A DNA stretch of 64,000 nt from Heteronotia binoei (taxonomy: Eukaryota): the NCBI RefSeq assembly GCF_032191835.1, contig NC_083225.1, positions 71,610,001 to 71,674,000 on the forward strand, read 5' to 3'. The stretch's first letter is position 1. Each line of letters opens with the position of its first letter. Position numbers and translations under genes: made by a program. The notes under the pieces were generated by a model that did not search any database, was not told the DNA's origin, and saw only the letters and a list, made by a program, of their open reading frames with translations. Shown here in pieces: positions 12,690-25,879 of the stretch.

Positions 12690-13690
12690 TTAAACAACCA
12701 AATAATATCTACATGGACCCCCTTGCCCAGATAGTGCAGCGTTTTGGGCTTGGGTGTCACCAATATGCTGATTACACCCAGCTATTTCTGTTGATGGGCA
12801 GCCAACTGGACACCATTCCTGTGAATTTAGCTGAGGGTTTGGAGGCCATGGTTGGTTGGTTGGTTAAAGCAGAGCTGACTGAAACTTAGTCCTGGTAAGA
12901 TGGAGGTTCTCTGACTGGGTGCCAATTCTGGTTGCCAATTTCCAGCTCTTTGATGGTGTGGCCCTTTCATCAACCCCTACCGTCAAGAGGCTGGGCATGA
13001 TTCTGTATGCCATTTTGTCTATAGAACCCAGGTCATGAAAGTTGCCAAGCTGGCATTTTTTCAACTATGCCTGGTTAAGCAACTGGCTCCCTACCTGTCT
13101 CACCCCAACCTAGGTGCCATAATCCATGCAATGGTCACCTCCAGGATAGACTACTGTAATTCGCTCTATGCAGACTTACCCTTGCACTTGATCCAGAAGT
13201 TCCAACTGATCCAGAATGTGGCTGTGTGGTTCCTTACAAGGACCCCTCAGACTGCACATATTCAACCTGTGCTGCACAAGCTCCACTGGCTTCCAGTGGA
13301 GCAGTGGATCTGGTTCAAGGTTTTGGTTTTAACCTTTAAGGCCCTTAGCGGTCCCACATACTTCTAGAATGCTCTGCCTGAGAACATCCCTGCCCTACAG
13401 GAGCTGCTACCTTTTTGTAGGGCTTACAAGGAAGAGGTGTTCTGTCAGGCATTTGATTGAGGACAGTGATGGTTGGCATTCTCATATCCGCCCTCACCTC
13501 CCTCCCTACCCTTCTATATCTCTGCTGCCCAGGGGTTGATGGGAAAAACTTTATGTCATTTTGATATTGTATTGATCTGTTGTTTAACTATTTTGTTTTC
13601 TTAATTTTGTTATATATATATATATATGTAGGCTGCTCTGAGCCCTATTTTCTTTTAAAGAAGTGTGGCCCATAAATTGAATGTAATAAA
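12690..13690 (+). mobile_element. L2-clade LINE fragment (RT C-terminus and 3' end)
   Basis: ORF 13035..13367: VTSRIDYCNSLY...LHWLPVEQWIWFKVLVLTFKAL, a typical L2 ORF2 C-terminus. Confidence 0.8.
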
Positions 13691-16600
13691 TAACATTAAA
13701 GAGATGTACATGAGCTGGGGGTCCTCCATACACATAGAGAGACTTGCCTTTCCTCCCAGTGTTACAGCTACTGCTGCTGCTTCTGATTCTGTCTCTGTAG
13801 CTGCTATTAGCATGAGAGTGACTGAGAGGATGCAGAACCAAGGAGCTGCTCTCCGTTAGGCCCCCAAGCCTTACCCAGGATGTTTAGTGCTGACTTCTGG
13901 CCATATCGGGGATGGGCAATTCCCAGTACAAGCTCCAGCACTATCCAAGGCGAAGATACGCAGGTATGGAAGGGGAGGGGATGTGGGTGCCCATAGCAAC
14001 AAACTGACTGGCTATCTCTGCAGCAGGCCTTGCATTGTGGCTGGCCTGCTTTGCTGCCGGCTTTGTGGCTGCAGATAGGGTGCTGTAGCTGCAGTGAATC
14101 AGGAGTGGAATTTATTTTTAGAAGGTCCCCTTAATATAACGCTGAAGGTTTAGGAGAGCAGAGGGATGCAACCAAAGCTGTGTGTGCTGTGTGCTAGCAA
14201 GCTGGCTTCATTTTCTATCTCTTTGCTGGCCGAAGGATTTTTGCTGCAACATCTTCTTCACACACAGATAGCACTGGGAATGCTAAAGGCAGTAATGAAT
14301 ATAATATGCATGTTCCAGAGGAATCTTCTGGATGGATCCGTACACTGCTTGAACCAGGTACTTTTATACAAGCTTGTTGTGGCTAAAAAGGACTCTAATT
14401 TCTTTGACAGCATAGCAATTAGGTGCCTTACTCTTCAGCAACTGCATGGGTCTATAATCCAAGAAATGGTGTGTCAGGGCAGTCTTTGTGTAAAACTGCA
14501 GGGATCAAGACTTCAGCATCACTCTAATTCAATAGACGACCTCACCATAAATAGCTTCCATTCAGAATTCTTCCCCTTCCCCTCCCCCGAAGTATAGTTG
14601 GAATCATGTTCTCATGATGTCATATTTAGGAGAATGGGGAGACAAAAAGATAGGCTGCAGTTCTGATAGAACAAAACTAGAACAAAACCACCAAATAGGG
14701 CCCCTCTCTTTTTGGAAAGAAGCCCCCTCCAGGCAGATTCTGGAAGAAGTGTATCTTCATTCTATGTCTTCAAAGATGGGCTCTGTGATTCTATCAGGTT
14801 TTGTACAGACAGATATTAGAGCAATCAGGATTTCTTAAGGGATGTTATGAATGATGTGGGGGGGGGGCTTTTGGTACAGTGCTCATTTGGCAAAGATGCT
14901 GCGGTAGGTTTAAAGGGAATGTGTTTGCTGTACTGCACCGTCATAGACCAGCATGGGCAGATGTTGAACTCAGAACTTGCCAAGTAATATTTCATTGGCC
15001 AACTTGGAAAGATGCAAAGTAGTTGCTTCAGGTTTTCTGGCAACTGAATAGGGAGGGGGAGGGGAGGAAGAGATGAGCTGATGGGCAGTGACGTCATTTT
15101 TAACTAATTCTTTACACAGTTGGGGCATGAAGTTAAAGGGAAAAGCTGCAATCTCTGGGTGACTTTAATCATTGGCTGGAGAATCTAAATGAACAGGAGT
15201 TTCCCTAATGGTAATAAATTTTCTTTCCTATATAAACCAACTTTGTGTGATCTTTTAAAATCTAAGTAAAGTGAATGCTATTTAAAATCTCTCCCACCCA
15301 CTCCTTTTCTGGTAGTGTTTGCTGGGGCATTTCAAAATGTCATGTATCTGGTTTGAAGTTTGGTCTTGGTAGTAGTATGATCATATTTGCTGTATAATTC
15401 TCTGTTTGTTGCCTAGATGAGTTTTGTATGCATCATCTATGCTTAATGGTAAGATATGGAGATGCAGAAGCTGCTAGACTCTAAGAGATCACTAGTGTGG
15501 AAACAGTGCTGTACTTTAAAAACTGCAGATAGATGGGAAAATCGTTGGTATACTAAAAGCTCAAAAGACTGGTGTTAATTTTTGTCTCAGGGAAAAAAAA
15601 GGAAATGTAATGTTACATGAAACAGTAATACTGAATTTTTAGTGGTTTCCTCTAATAATTGAAAAGATCCATTCTAACAACCTGTTCTAATGCTATCTAT
15701 ACTGGTCCCTTTTTTTTCTTTTCACATAAAATGATAGAATAGGAGTCTGACCTTTGACCATTCAGCAAAGGTGTTTTTTTCCCTGTTTGCTTGCAACCTA
15801 AACCAAAAAGCAATGTGTCAATAATCATTTTTGTTAAGGTCATTAAAAATTCCATACAGGGTAGAATGATTGAGCCAAGATGGCGGGCAGGAGCTGCTGA
15901 TGTTTTCAGTACTTTTTGTTGATTTTTAAAGAAGAGTCACTTATGTTTAAGGCTTTTCAGACTGACACAAACACTGACAATGTCTGCCTGTAAGCTTGCT
16001 TCTGATAAAGGATCTTTCAGTCCTGCATCCTCCTGTTGCTGAGGGATATGCCTGCATTGTATTTTGCAAAGAGCTGGCTAATAGCACACAGCTATATTAT
16101 TGTTATTACTATTTTGCTACTGCTTACTAAGAACTCCTGATAGATCTGTTTCAGAAAATGCCATGCAATTTATGATGGCAGCAGTGAGCCTGAAGTTAAG
16201 GACTCCCCCCACCCTTCCCAGCACTATAAAAGGCATGGGTGGGGGGGAATCCTGACCACAGTAAGAAATGGTGACAGTGATAACAATTGACAAATACTTC
16301 TCCACTGATCCTGAATACAAAATACTGTACTGTGTTGTGAAATGCATTGCAACAGTAGAACATGCTCAGAATGAGATCAGCAAGGCAGAGCTTTGCAATG
16401 CTGCCGCTGCTGCTAGTGGCTCGTGCCACCGTCGGCTCTTCCTTCTGCAGTGTGGTGCATTGTGCAAGAGGGAATGGATGCCCCCTCGTCATTCCCTTCT
16501 GGTATCCTCAGTTGCCCTTGGAAGACAAAACTATGTTTTTAAATGGTCAGCTCGCTGCTTAGCTTTCCAATGTCAAAAGCCTGGTTTTATCCAGGCATGT

Positions 16601-18806
16601 GCTTAGTCATTGCTGGTGATTATTACAGAAGCAAGGAGAAGAAAAGAGGGTGGGTGTGAAGGTTGAATAGCAGGGGACAAGATGCATGTGGGAATGAAGG
16701 AAGGGGGGAAATGTCAATGAGTTCTGAAAACACCTGCCTTGATAATATTAGACTGATCGTTTTGCATATGCTTGATGTGTAGGAAGTGGAATATGTTTTG
16801 ACTGTTTTGTAATCTTAGTATCATAGTTAGTATATAAATTATCTGTTATATGATATTAATCCATCAACTAATTTATATTTGATTGCTCCTACAAATTACG
16901 TATGTAATATATGGGTTGACTCAGCTAGCTTTAATAGAAGACTGTTAAAAACCCATGGGTAATGCTATCTCACAGCTATTTTATAGTCACTCACTGTATA
17001 TTGAGGGAACTGTCCATTGGGTCCTGATACTTTGGCTGGTTGCGTGTTCACTTCCATGCTATCTACAAGAATTTTTGGACCCAGTACCATACTTAGCTAG
17101 GAGAAGGAAAATCTGTGGGTGCTGTCACAGATCCTCTAGCTCTTTGCTGCGCAACTTTGTAACCCTGATTTATCTAAGCTCTGAACAGATGTCCCCAGGT
17201 GTAGACTGAACATGCTGGGAAGGAAAGCAGGCAAAAATGTGCTAGGTTTTCTGTGTAATGTGAACATGTGGAAGAAGTGTCTGGGTGTGAGATCCTTTCC
17301 AATGATCAGTAGAATTCAGAAAACAGCATCATCGATCACATGGACATATCTACCATGCATAGACAGTTGAATGTACACAAAGGTACAGGGCCATTTGCTC
17401 CACATACATGTTGGGTGGAGTTATTTGTACAAGACTCTGTACTAACTTGAAAAAAAAAGTTAATGCCTTTGCACTATAAGTGATGATCACAAAATCCTAT
17501 TCAATCAGATTCCACTATCAAAAGCATATGGACTGCTCATCAGATTGAATCCTGATTGATGGAACTTCCAATAAGCAGTTTAACCAACTTTTCTTGTTTT
17601 TAACCCCATTTTACGCAAATGTGTACAGACTTTAGATTCAGAAGGAAAACTTGTTTTAATCCATGGTCATTTCTAGGATCCCACATTTCCAGGATCCCAC
17701 AGTATAGAGCTTGTGACAAGAGTGACCCAATGATTCTCCTACAGTTCCATATTCATTAAGATTCTCTAATACAAATCAGGACATTGTCCAACGCAATATA
17801 GTTTGAGCATTTGTTGTGATATTAACAGTAGTGACTGCTTGTTATAATACTTAAAATTATATCACATTAAGGACCATCATTGAGCTTTTCTGAAGATGCC
17901 TTAATCATGAAAATGCATACAGGGACCGTAGGAAAAAAATATCCCCACTCTCCATGATTGGGACTTGGAAACCATAAGAAAGCCATACTGGCACTTCTAC
18001 CACAAACCCTAAAGTGTGGTATTATGAAATTGTGCAAACATAGATCTTAAAATGGGAATGTCCCCAGTGTCCATGGTTTAAAACAAAACTAGGGAGAATG
18101 AGTTTTTAAAGAAGGTAGGTGTGGTGCAAGTGAAGTGGAGTCGTGGGTTTCTGCCCCTTAGAGTTGAGGAAAGATCATCAGATTAAATCCCCAGGAACAG
18201 AGAGGAATCAAATTCTAAGCAGAATTGAACTGTCTGAATTCAACCTCCACTTCTTATTGTTGATAACTATGATGTTCTTGGCACTATTTTAAACATTTGT
18301 TATATAAGTATTCGAGTCTTGCTTTTACTTGATCGTGCTGGTGAAAATGGTGACATGCAGAAGTGTTAGATAAGACTGATGTTTTTACTTGCCTCAAGCA
18401 GATTTCTGGAAATGCAGCATATACATTCACTAAATACATACATGCATGCATGCATGCATGCATATTTATGGCTCATATCCTGCAACTCTGTTCAGCTAAA
18501 TCTTCCTTCTGCTTAAACAGGATTCCTCTAGTGGCTTTTCTGTCACAGTAGAAAGACACAAGCCACTGTAATAGGTGATAGAGGGTATTTAATCGTGCAT
18601 ATTGAACCCAGTAACAGACAAATGGCCCTGAAAACAAAATAGAGCATCATTGCCATGATGTGCCCAGCAGATATTTAAACTGCTTCCTAGTCAGCACCAT
18701 TAATTAAGGAAATTAAAATATGGACTTCACTGCCACAGTAAACAGGTATAAATGGAGCACTCTGTCTGGGGCAGTGATGCTCTGTATTCTGGGTGTTTGG
18801 GGGCCA

Positions 18807-19490
18807 ACATAAGAACATAAGAGAAGCCATGTTGGATCAGGCCAATGGCCCATCCAGTCCAACACTCTGTGTCACACAGTGGCCAAAAAAACCCAAGTGT
18901 CATCTTGAGATCCACCAGTGGGGCTAGCAGCCTTTCCACTGTGTCCTCCCCAAGCACAAGAATACAGAGTATCACTGCCACAGACAGAGAGTTCCGACAA
19001 TAAGCTGTGGCTGATAGCCACTGATGGACCTCTGCTCCATATGCTTATCCAATCCCCTCTTGAAGCTGTCTATGCTTGTAGCCACCACCACCTCCTGTGG
19101 CAGTGAATTCCACATGTTAATTCACCCTTTGGGTGAAGAAGTACTTCCTTTTATCAGTTCTAGCCCGACTGCTCAGCAATTTCATTGAATGCCCATGAGT
19201 TCTTGTATTGTGAGAAAGGGAGAAAAGTACTTCTTTCTTTACCTTCTCAGTTCCATGCATAATCTTGTAAATCTCTATCATGTCACCCCGCAGTCGACAT
19301 TTCTCCAAGCTAAATAGCCCCAAGCGTTTTAACCTTTCTTCATAGGGAAAGTGTTCCAACCTTTTAATCATTCTAGTTGCTCTTTTCCCAATGCTATAAT
19401 ATCTTTTTTGAGGTGTGGTGACCAGAATTGTACACAGTACTCCAAATGAGGCCACACCATTTATTTATACAGGGACATTATGATTTAAAG
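18807..19490 (-). mobile_element. CR1 LINE, 5'-truncated
   Basis: ORF 19117..19455: YEERLKRLGLFSLEKCRLRGDMIEIYKIMHG...RKYFFTQRV. The 3' UTR ends in a ttcttatg repeat. Confidence 0.9.
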
Positions 19491-19693
19491 AAAGGGTACA
19501 GAAGAAAGCAAGGTGCCCCTGGAAGATCTTGCAGGTTCTGCACAATGCATTGGGGCCAGGAGACTGGCCCTACACAACTCTGCAATAGTTTCATGGATAG
19601 AGGCTGCCAGAAAACAGGGGACAAATAAAGGTAGGCTGGCTGGTGGGAAGGAGAAAAGGAAGCAGAGAAATAAGGAAGGTTATGGGAGCTGCT

Positions 19694-21330
19694 AAGGGTT
19701 TCCCAGGTTGTGTTGGGCACTGGTTCTAACACCCCTTGGGCCACTAGGCGGTCTAGTTCCGCCTCAATTTTAGGTTTGAGCACGGAAGGGACGCTCCTGA
19801 CCTTCATTCTGATCGGCTGCACTTGGGGATCTAGATCTAGGGACACTGGTGGCCCTTTTTAGCAGCCCAAGGTACCATCAAAGACGGATGGAAATTCATT
19901 GCAAACCCTCCCCAAGACTGTGGGAGTTAAGCTATGCACTCCCGTGACTGCAAACCCCAAAGGCGCAAACCATGCCAGACCCAGCAAACTTGTGTGTTGG
20001 CCACCCACCACCAGCAAGTCCAAAAGTCCGTCAAAATTTCTGTACTGCACCCGGAACTTTCCCCACCCCCTTATTTCTACATTGTTTTGTGAAAAGTCTC
20101 TGAGGATGAACCTCGCAGGCCGGAGGTGAGGCCATCCATTGGGACAGGTTTTCCTGAGGGTCTCCTCCAAAATAATTGAAATGGAGAATCCTGTGTCCAA
20201 TTCCATCAGGCAAGGGGCTCCCTCTAACTTAACAATCACCTTGATTTTATCTGGGGTGTCCAAGAGCAGATGCAGTACCTGTAGTGGTTGGAGTGACGTG
20301 GTGTGGAGCTCCATCTCGTCCGTTGATTCCTGGTGCACAGTTTGTCACCTTCGGGTACCTTTGGAGCGGCAGACTCGGGTGATGTAGCCGACCGTACCAT
20401 CGTTCCGGCATTGGGCATCTCAGAACCAGCAGGTCCTCCGCTCATGGAGCGCTCTGGAGCTAGCAGGGATTTGAGATTGCAGCATGAGGTGGTGTTGTGG
20501 TCAGGCGTGAGGCGCGGTGAGTAGGTTGGAGCAGCTGTAGGACCTCTTTCACTTTGTCAGCCGATTCCACATGGTGGGCTGCCATGGTGGCCCTCTTGGA
20601 AACTGGTGGACTTGGTGGCAGACAGCCTCCGCGGTGAACTGGTCTGCTGCCTCAAGGGCCTCTTCCATCGCAACCTGGAACGTGGGGTCCTTCTTGGCAA
20701 GGAGCCTCCTTTGAATTCTTTCATTCCTGAGGCCGCACACTAGTTGGTCCCAGAGGGCCTCCTCCAGGTTGCTCAAATTGCAGTGGCGGGCCTCCCTTTC
20801 AGAGAGCCATAACGAAAGCCATAATCGACTCACCCACTGCTTGGTTCCTTCCATAGAATGCGTGGCGGACCACTATGATGGAGGGTTTAGGCGCAAAGTG
20901 CTCTTGAAGCCAGTTCAAGATGATCTGGTATGGCATGTCTTTGAGGTTGGCTGGAGCCAGCAGGGAATGGGTGATATCGAATGTTGAACCGAAGAAGGTG
21001 GCCCACTTCTTTGCCTCGTCCGTGATGTCTGAAGACTCCAGGAAGAAAGCGAAGTGGGAGGCATAGGATTTCCAGTCCTCGGTAGTGGCGTCGAACTCAT
21101 CGAAGTGTCCTGGAGCAGCAGCCATGTCGTCCAATGGTGGCGATGTGTTGTGCGGTACTGATGGCTGGGGCTCCTTGCTCACCAGGATTCCATCCTTGTG
21201 CCAGTAAAATGTACTGGGTTCAAAGCACGAGGACGCCCAAGAGATAGTGAGTTCAGCTCTTTATTCAGTGATTCAGCATAGTGAGATAGGAACAGAAAAG
21301 AACAGAACAGTGGGAGGGCTTCTGAACAGT
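19694..21330 (-). mobile_element. Truncated Ty3/Gypsy LTR retrotransposon (LTR end, PBS, gag, protease, start of RT), degenerate
   Basis: gag FDATTEDWKSY...HFAPKPSIIVVRHAFYGRNQAVGES; LRNERIQRRLL; degenerate knuckle ending GYITRVCRSK; protease MELDTGFSISI; RT start KIEAELDRLVAQGVLEPV. Split by frameshifts and stops. LTR end (...gtaca) at 21210. Confidence 0.85.
21185..21203 (-). other. Gypsy primer-binding site, tRNA-Ser(GCT)-like
   Basis: Minus strand TGGCACAAGGATGGAATCC lies a few nt after the LTR end. It resembles TGGCGACGAGGATGGGATTC, the complement of the recalled tRNA-Ser(GCT) 3' end. Confidence 0.6.
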
Positions 21331-21458
21331 GGGAAGGCTTTTGGCCCTGCTGGTAGATCTCCTGATGGCACCTGTTTTTTGGCCACTATGTGATGCAAAG
21401 TGTTGGACTGGATGGGCCATTGGCCTGATCCAACATGGCTTGTCTTATGTTCTCTTCT
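21325..21458 (+). mobile_element. CR1 3' UTR fragment
   Basis: Reverse complement of 18807-18940 (gtgttggactggatgggccattggcctgatccaacatggct). Confidence 0.75.
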
Positions 21459-21889
21459 GAAATTATTCCATAGCAAGAAATTTGTGAATGCACCATATAA
21501 GATACATCCTTCTTGTCATCAGATTTAGAAATCTATTTAAGACATTCAATTTCTTAACCTTCCCTACTGTTTCCCAAGTAATTGTCTGTTGATATATAGA
21601 AGTTGGTGTAGGAAGTATGTTCAGTGTAAGAGCAATTAAACAGTAGAGCTGCTGCACAATGAGGATGGTGAAATATTAAAGGGTGACAAAGATAGAACTC
21701 CAAAACTTGTATTTTGCCTTTGACTTTTCCAAAAAGGGGAACCATATGCAACCTCAGAGAAGATTCATTAATGGTTAGGAGACTGGACACGGCATAATCT
21801 GCCTTGAGTCTCATTGAGAAGGGAAGACTATAAACAAAGTAAAAAGCAAGGCTTGAAGATTATCTCAGAATATCTAGCTATCTTAGATG

Positions 21890-22480
21890 ACCAAGTTCTT
21901 CTGGCCTGGATGAACTGTATGCTAGAATGGTGCCTGCATCTTGCTGATGTAGTCTCAAAATATATCATCTTCAAGAAATAGTTTTGGACAGGTTGCCACA
22001 AGAGTGGAAATAGGCAAATGTCCCAATTTTCAAAATATCAGAAAGGTGATCCAGAAAACAGCAAATTACTAGTCAGTCTGGCATTACTGGGAAGGTAACA
22101 GAACAGATTTTAAAGCAGTCTGTCTGTAAGCATCTTGAATACACTACAGTGATTAGAAGAAACAAGTATGGATTTGTCCAGAATATATCCAGTCAAACTA
22201 ATCTTATCTGATTTTTTAAAAAAGTATCAGTTTAGAAGACTGGAAATATTGTGGATATTTTGATGTTTTTGTTAGCCAATTGCTTAAGTTTGAACTAGAT
22301 AATACCATCAAGTGAGTCCACAACTGGTTAGAGAACTATGCTCAAAGAATGCTTTTTGAAGGTATTTCTTCAATTTAGAAGGAAATTTTGAGTAGGATCT
22401 TTACTTTCTGATCCTGGGCATGCTTCTTGGATGCAAAAATTTGTCTACACAGAAGGCAAACTGTGGTGGTGGTCTAAGAT
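21890..22480 (+). mobile_element. Old CR1 LINE RT-region fragment
   Basis: Decayed CR1 ORF2 motifs (GLDELY.R, WK.ANVPIFK, YGFVQN.S.QTNLI) with many stops and indels. Confidence 0.65.
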
Positions 22481-22524
22481 GATAAAATTCAGATTGCAGG
22501 TGGGAGGGTTATAATAATGCTAGC

Positions 22525-22985
22525 CAGGGGTCATTTTGTAGAAAAAGAGGTGCCAGAACTCATTAGCATAACTCATTAGCATATGCCACACAATCCTGCC
22601 ATCACCAGAAGGTGTACTCAATTATATCAGCTTAGCATCTACCTTCAAATGCTTCTTGAATTAGAATTGTCGTCATCAAACTTTACTCCAATCATACTTT
22701 TTAAATGACTTTTCCCTATGTGGCCACAGTGACATGATGAAGATTTCCATCTGTCTGTTTTATATGTTTTGGTTATTTTCCCAATTTTTTTGTGGGGGGG
22801 AAATCTTAGAAAGTTTGTCAAATCTTAGAGTTCAGCAGAATTCTCACGGGGGGGGGGGGCGGGGGTTGAACAATGGAAACCAGAAGTAAGTATTTGGTGG
22901 GGGGCGGGGGAGAAAGAAAAACCACAATAACATTTAGAGGTTCTGGAGCTCCGCTCCTGTGAGCTCGGGCCCAAAATGAGGCCTG
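22525..22985. mobile_element. hAT MITE, CAGGGGTCATTTTG family
   Basis: TIRs caggggtcattttg / caaaatgaggcctg. Perfect 8-bp TSD ATGCTAGC. Confidence 0.85.
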
Positions 22986-23281
22986 ATGCTAGCCCACATT
23001 ATTTTATTTATTTACTCATTTATTTAAAACATTTCTATGCCACATTTCCATCCAAATAGGATCCCCAAGGCTGCAGACATAAAAACATTAAACATCTCCA
23101 CATTAAAACAGCATTAAAAACAAATCAATAGGCAGGGTGGAGGGCCAATAATAGCTATTGGGATGTGCCAGATTTTTTTTTAATATAAAGTCTTCATCCA
23201 CTGGTGTAAGACACTGAGAGGTAATTTATCACATCAGGGAGAAATGTACCTTAACCCCTTCTTTAATACTACATGTAGTGT

Positions 23282-23401
23282 CAGCGATTTTTTTAATAGA
23301 AAAGCCCAGCAGGAACTCGTTTGCATATTAGGCCACACACCCTGATGCTGGAACTGCAATCCTGTACATTCCTGCTTAAAAAAAAAAAAGCAAAAGCCCT
23401 G
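23282..23401. mobile_element. 120-bp hAT MITE
   Basis: TSD tgtagtgt / tggagtgt (7/8). The body aaaagcccagcaggaactcgtttgcatattaggccacac is also seen at 45230 and 56710. Confidence 0.7.
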
Positions 23402-25879
23402 TGGAGTGTCATGTAAGCCAACTATGCACTTGGTGACATTTAAATGTTTGGTAGAAGGAGCAACAATTTCTGCCAATTTCCCCCTCCCACTACAGAGTCC
23501 ATTCTTCTCCAGTGTTGTTCCTGAGGATCTGCTGAACCTCAGGAACAAAATTTCAGGGGTCTCAATTGGCTGCCAGCAAGCAGGGGAAACAGTGATGTAC
23601 CACTCTGTAAAGTCCAATGATGGTTGTAAGTTGTTGTCATTTTGATTGTTACAGTCACGCATGGAAAATATTACTCTACTTGGCTTTGAAGTGATCTAGT
23701 CCAAGATGCTCTCTCTTCCTTCTGCACAATGCATAGAGTGGTCTTCCTTATCACTAAATGAATGGGACTTCATTAATGGATTACTTACCACATCAGAACC
23801 TGATGCTGCCATACAAATGTGTTTTTGCCAGGATACTGTGCATTTCACATTCCTATCAAAGCAAATAGCCTGGTTCCAATGAATATGGAACTATGTACTG
23901 CTTTCTGTTTTATTATCAGTTGGATGGCTTGCTCATTTTTTCCTCCACTGCATTCTAGTAGGTAGCATTAAAGATAGATTTGAAAGGAAGAAAATAACTA
24001 GCAGATCTTTCAATAAGGCAAGAAGCTGTGTCGGTGTTTGACATAGATACTTTGAACAATGGACTCTTGGCTCTCTGGGGCTTGATTTTTGGGGAAGGGG
24101 GCATAGGACAAGCAATCAAAATTTATCTTCTAAATTAGGACTGTAATTATGTTTTGATAAAGATCTGGCAATCCAGTGAGAATAGAATATTAAGGGTTGC
24201 TGGGATACCAGTGACTTGCAGTTACAGGGAAGTGTTTGCATGCAGAATACTAATCGGCTGGGGTTGCCCAGCCTCCTTATCTAGACTTTGCCAACAGTGT
24301 CTGATAACACAGGCAATCAAGTGTGAGTTTCTCTGCTATTATTCTGCCACAGTGATTAAAGATATGGGCTAGGCTGTCTTTTATGAATGAAAAGGTAACA
24401 TGCTCAACATGAAAAATACAGAGTGTTGTACCATTGAATAACTTAGGGGCTAGGTATTAATCGTGTCTGCATTTTTGGAGCAGCAAAAACAAACTTTTAT
24501 TTCCTTGATGTCATTATACTGAAGAACTTGTGAGGAGTTCTGACACTATGAAGACGATGACACTATAAATGTGTTCTTTTTTGTAATTTCTAGCTGCATA
24601 TGATGGTTTATGATAGCACTTCTTATCAGACTATAGGCTCTATAGAGTGAAAAATCTTTGCAGAATGAAGAGAGCTGGAACAAATTAGTTTGCAAACTAT
24701 GGTTATCTAGCCTGTGACTGAAAATTGAAAAGCCATCCTGAAACAGTACACCCTCCCTTCCTTACAGCAATGTAACATTGCTGGTTGCATAAATTGCTTG
24801 TTGCATAATTAAGACTGCAATGAAACACATTTTTACTTTGATGTATATACTATTTAAGTTAGTGTGACTTGCTTCTTGAGTGAACATATGTACACTATTT
24901 CATAGTGCATAGTTTTATAGATGCTAAAAATACATACATTCAAATAACCACTCATTGCATGGATTTGTATGTATTCTATAGAATATTCATAAAATTGTCA
25001 TTGCTGGGAGAATAACACTTGTGAACTCTTGGAGATTACTGTAGCTATGTGAGGGAAGCAGAAGGTCATCTGGGTTTGGAGAAAGTTTCCAAGTGGAAAA
25101 AAATGGGGGGACAGGTCAAGAGAAGGAAGTTGAATTTCTCATGTTATTTTTCAAAATTACCAGTGAGAAAATTTCACTGTAAGTGCTTAACTAGGCTTGT
25201 CAACCTCCCCTGTAGGATGTGAGATCCCCTGCTCCCAGCTCCTGTTGCCAATCCTCTGTAGGAACTGCTGGACATTCTGTGGTTTTACCATTGAACTTCC
25301 AGTGATCCCTAAAGAGATGTGACATCAGTTCCAGGTTTTTCTGAGTTATTCTTTACATGTGCTGATAAAAGACTAGAATTCCCATCTCTCTGAAACCATC
25401 AATGAAATTATTCCCCATCATTCTCTTTGCTCCCACTCCAAATTAGTACCATGAAGCTTAGAGTGGTTAAGTATTAGTAATACAATTGGAGCAAGTTTGA
25501 CAGCAGTCTCGTGACAAAGCCGCAAGAACATCTTATAGGATGTTTATAAAATCCTATGGCAGTGAAGGCTACTAAAAAAAGAAATTTCTACAGTCTCCAT
25601 CACATCCACCAGCTCTTGCCCAGCACAATTATTTAGGATGAGTAGGTTCTTCTCTTACAGAGAGAATGCATAATGTTAGAAACTTAGCCATTCGGTTTGA
25701 GGCTTTTGAGAGCTTTTTCACAGATAGTCTTGTTATTCCACCACAACCTGCCTGCGAATTCTGATACAGTAAATGAACTGGAGACCCCTTGGGCATCTTT
25801 GTATTCTGAATTTTACAACTTCACCTGACTGTTTTGTGCCGACATTGACAGGATTCTGGTGCAGTTAAGCCAACCACCT

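Noticed and set aside
14166-14597. 143-aa ORF; possible DIRS/Ngaro relic in 13880-14600
   Set aside because: I could not align convincing tyrosine-recombinase or RT motifs in any frame. An HMM search is needed.
18440-18463. Cluster of TGCATG (RBFOX) motifs
   Set aside because: It is a simple (TGCA)n microsatellite far from any supported exon.
25660-25760. Minus-strand exon-like segment (NSQAGCGGITRLSVKK...)
   Set aside because: No recognisable homology and no other minus-strand exons to join.
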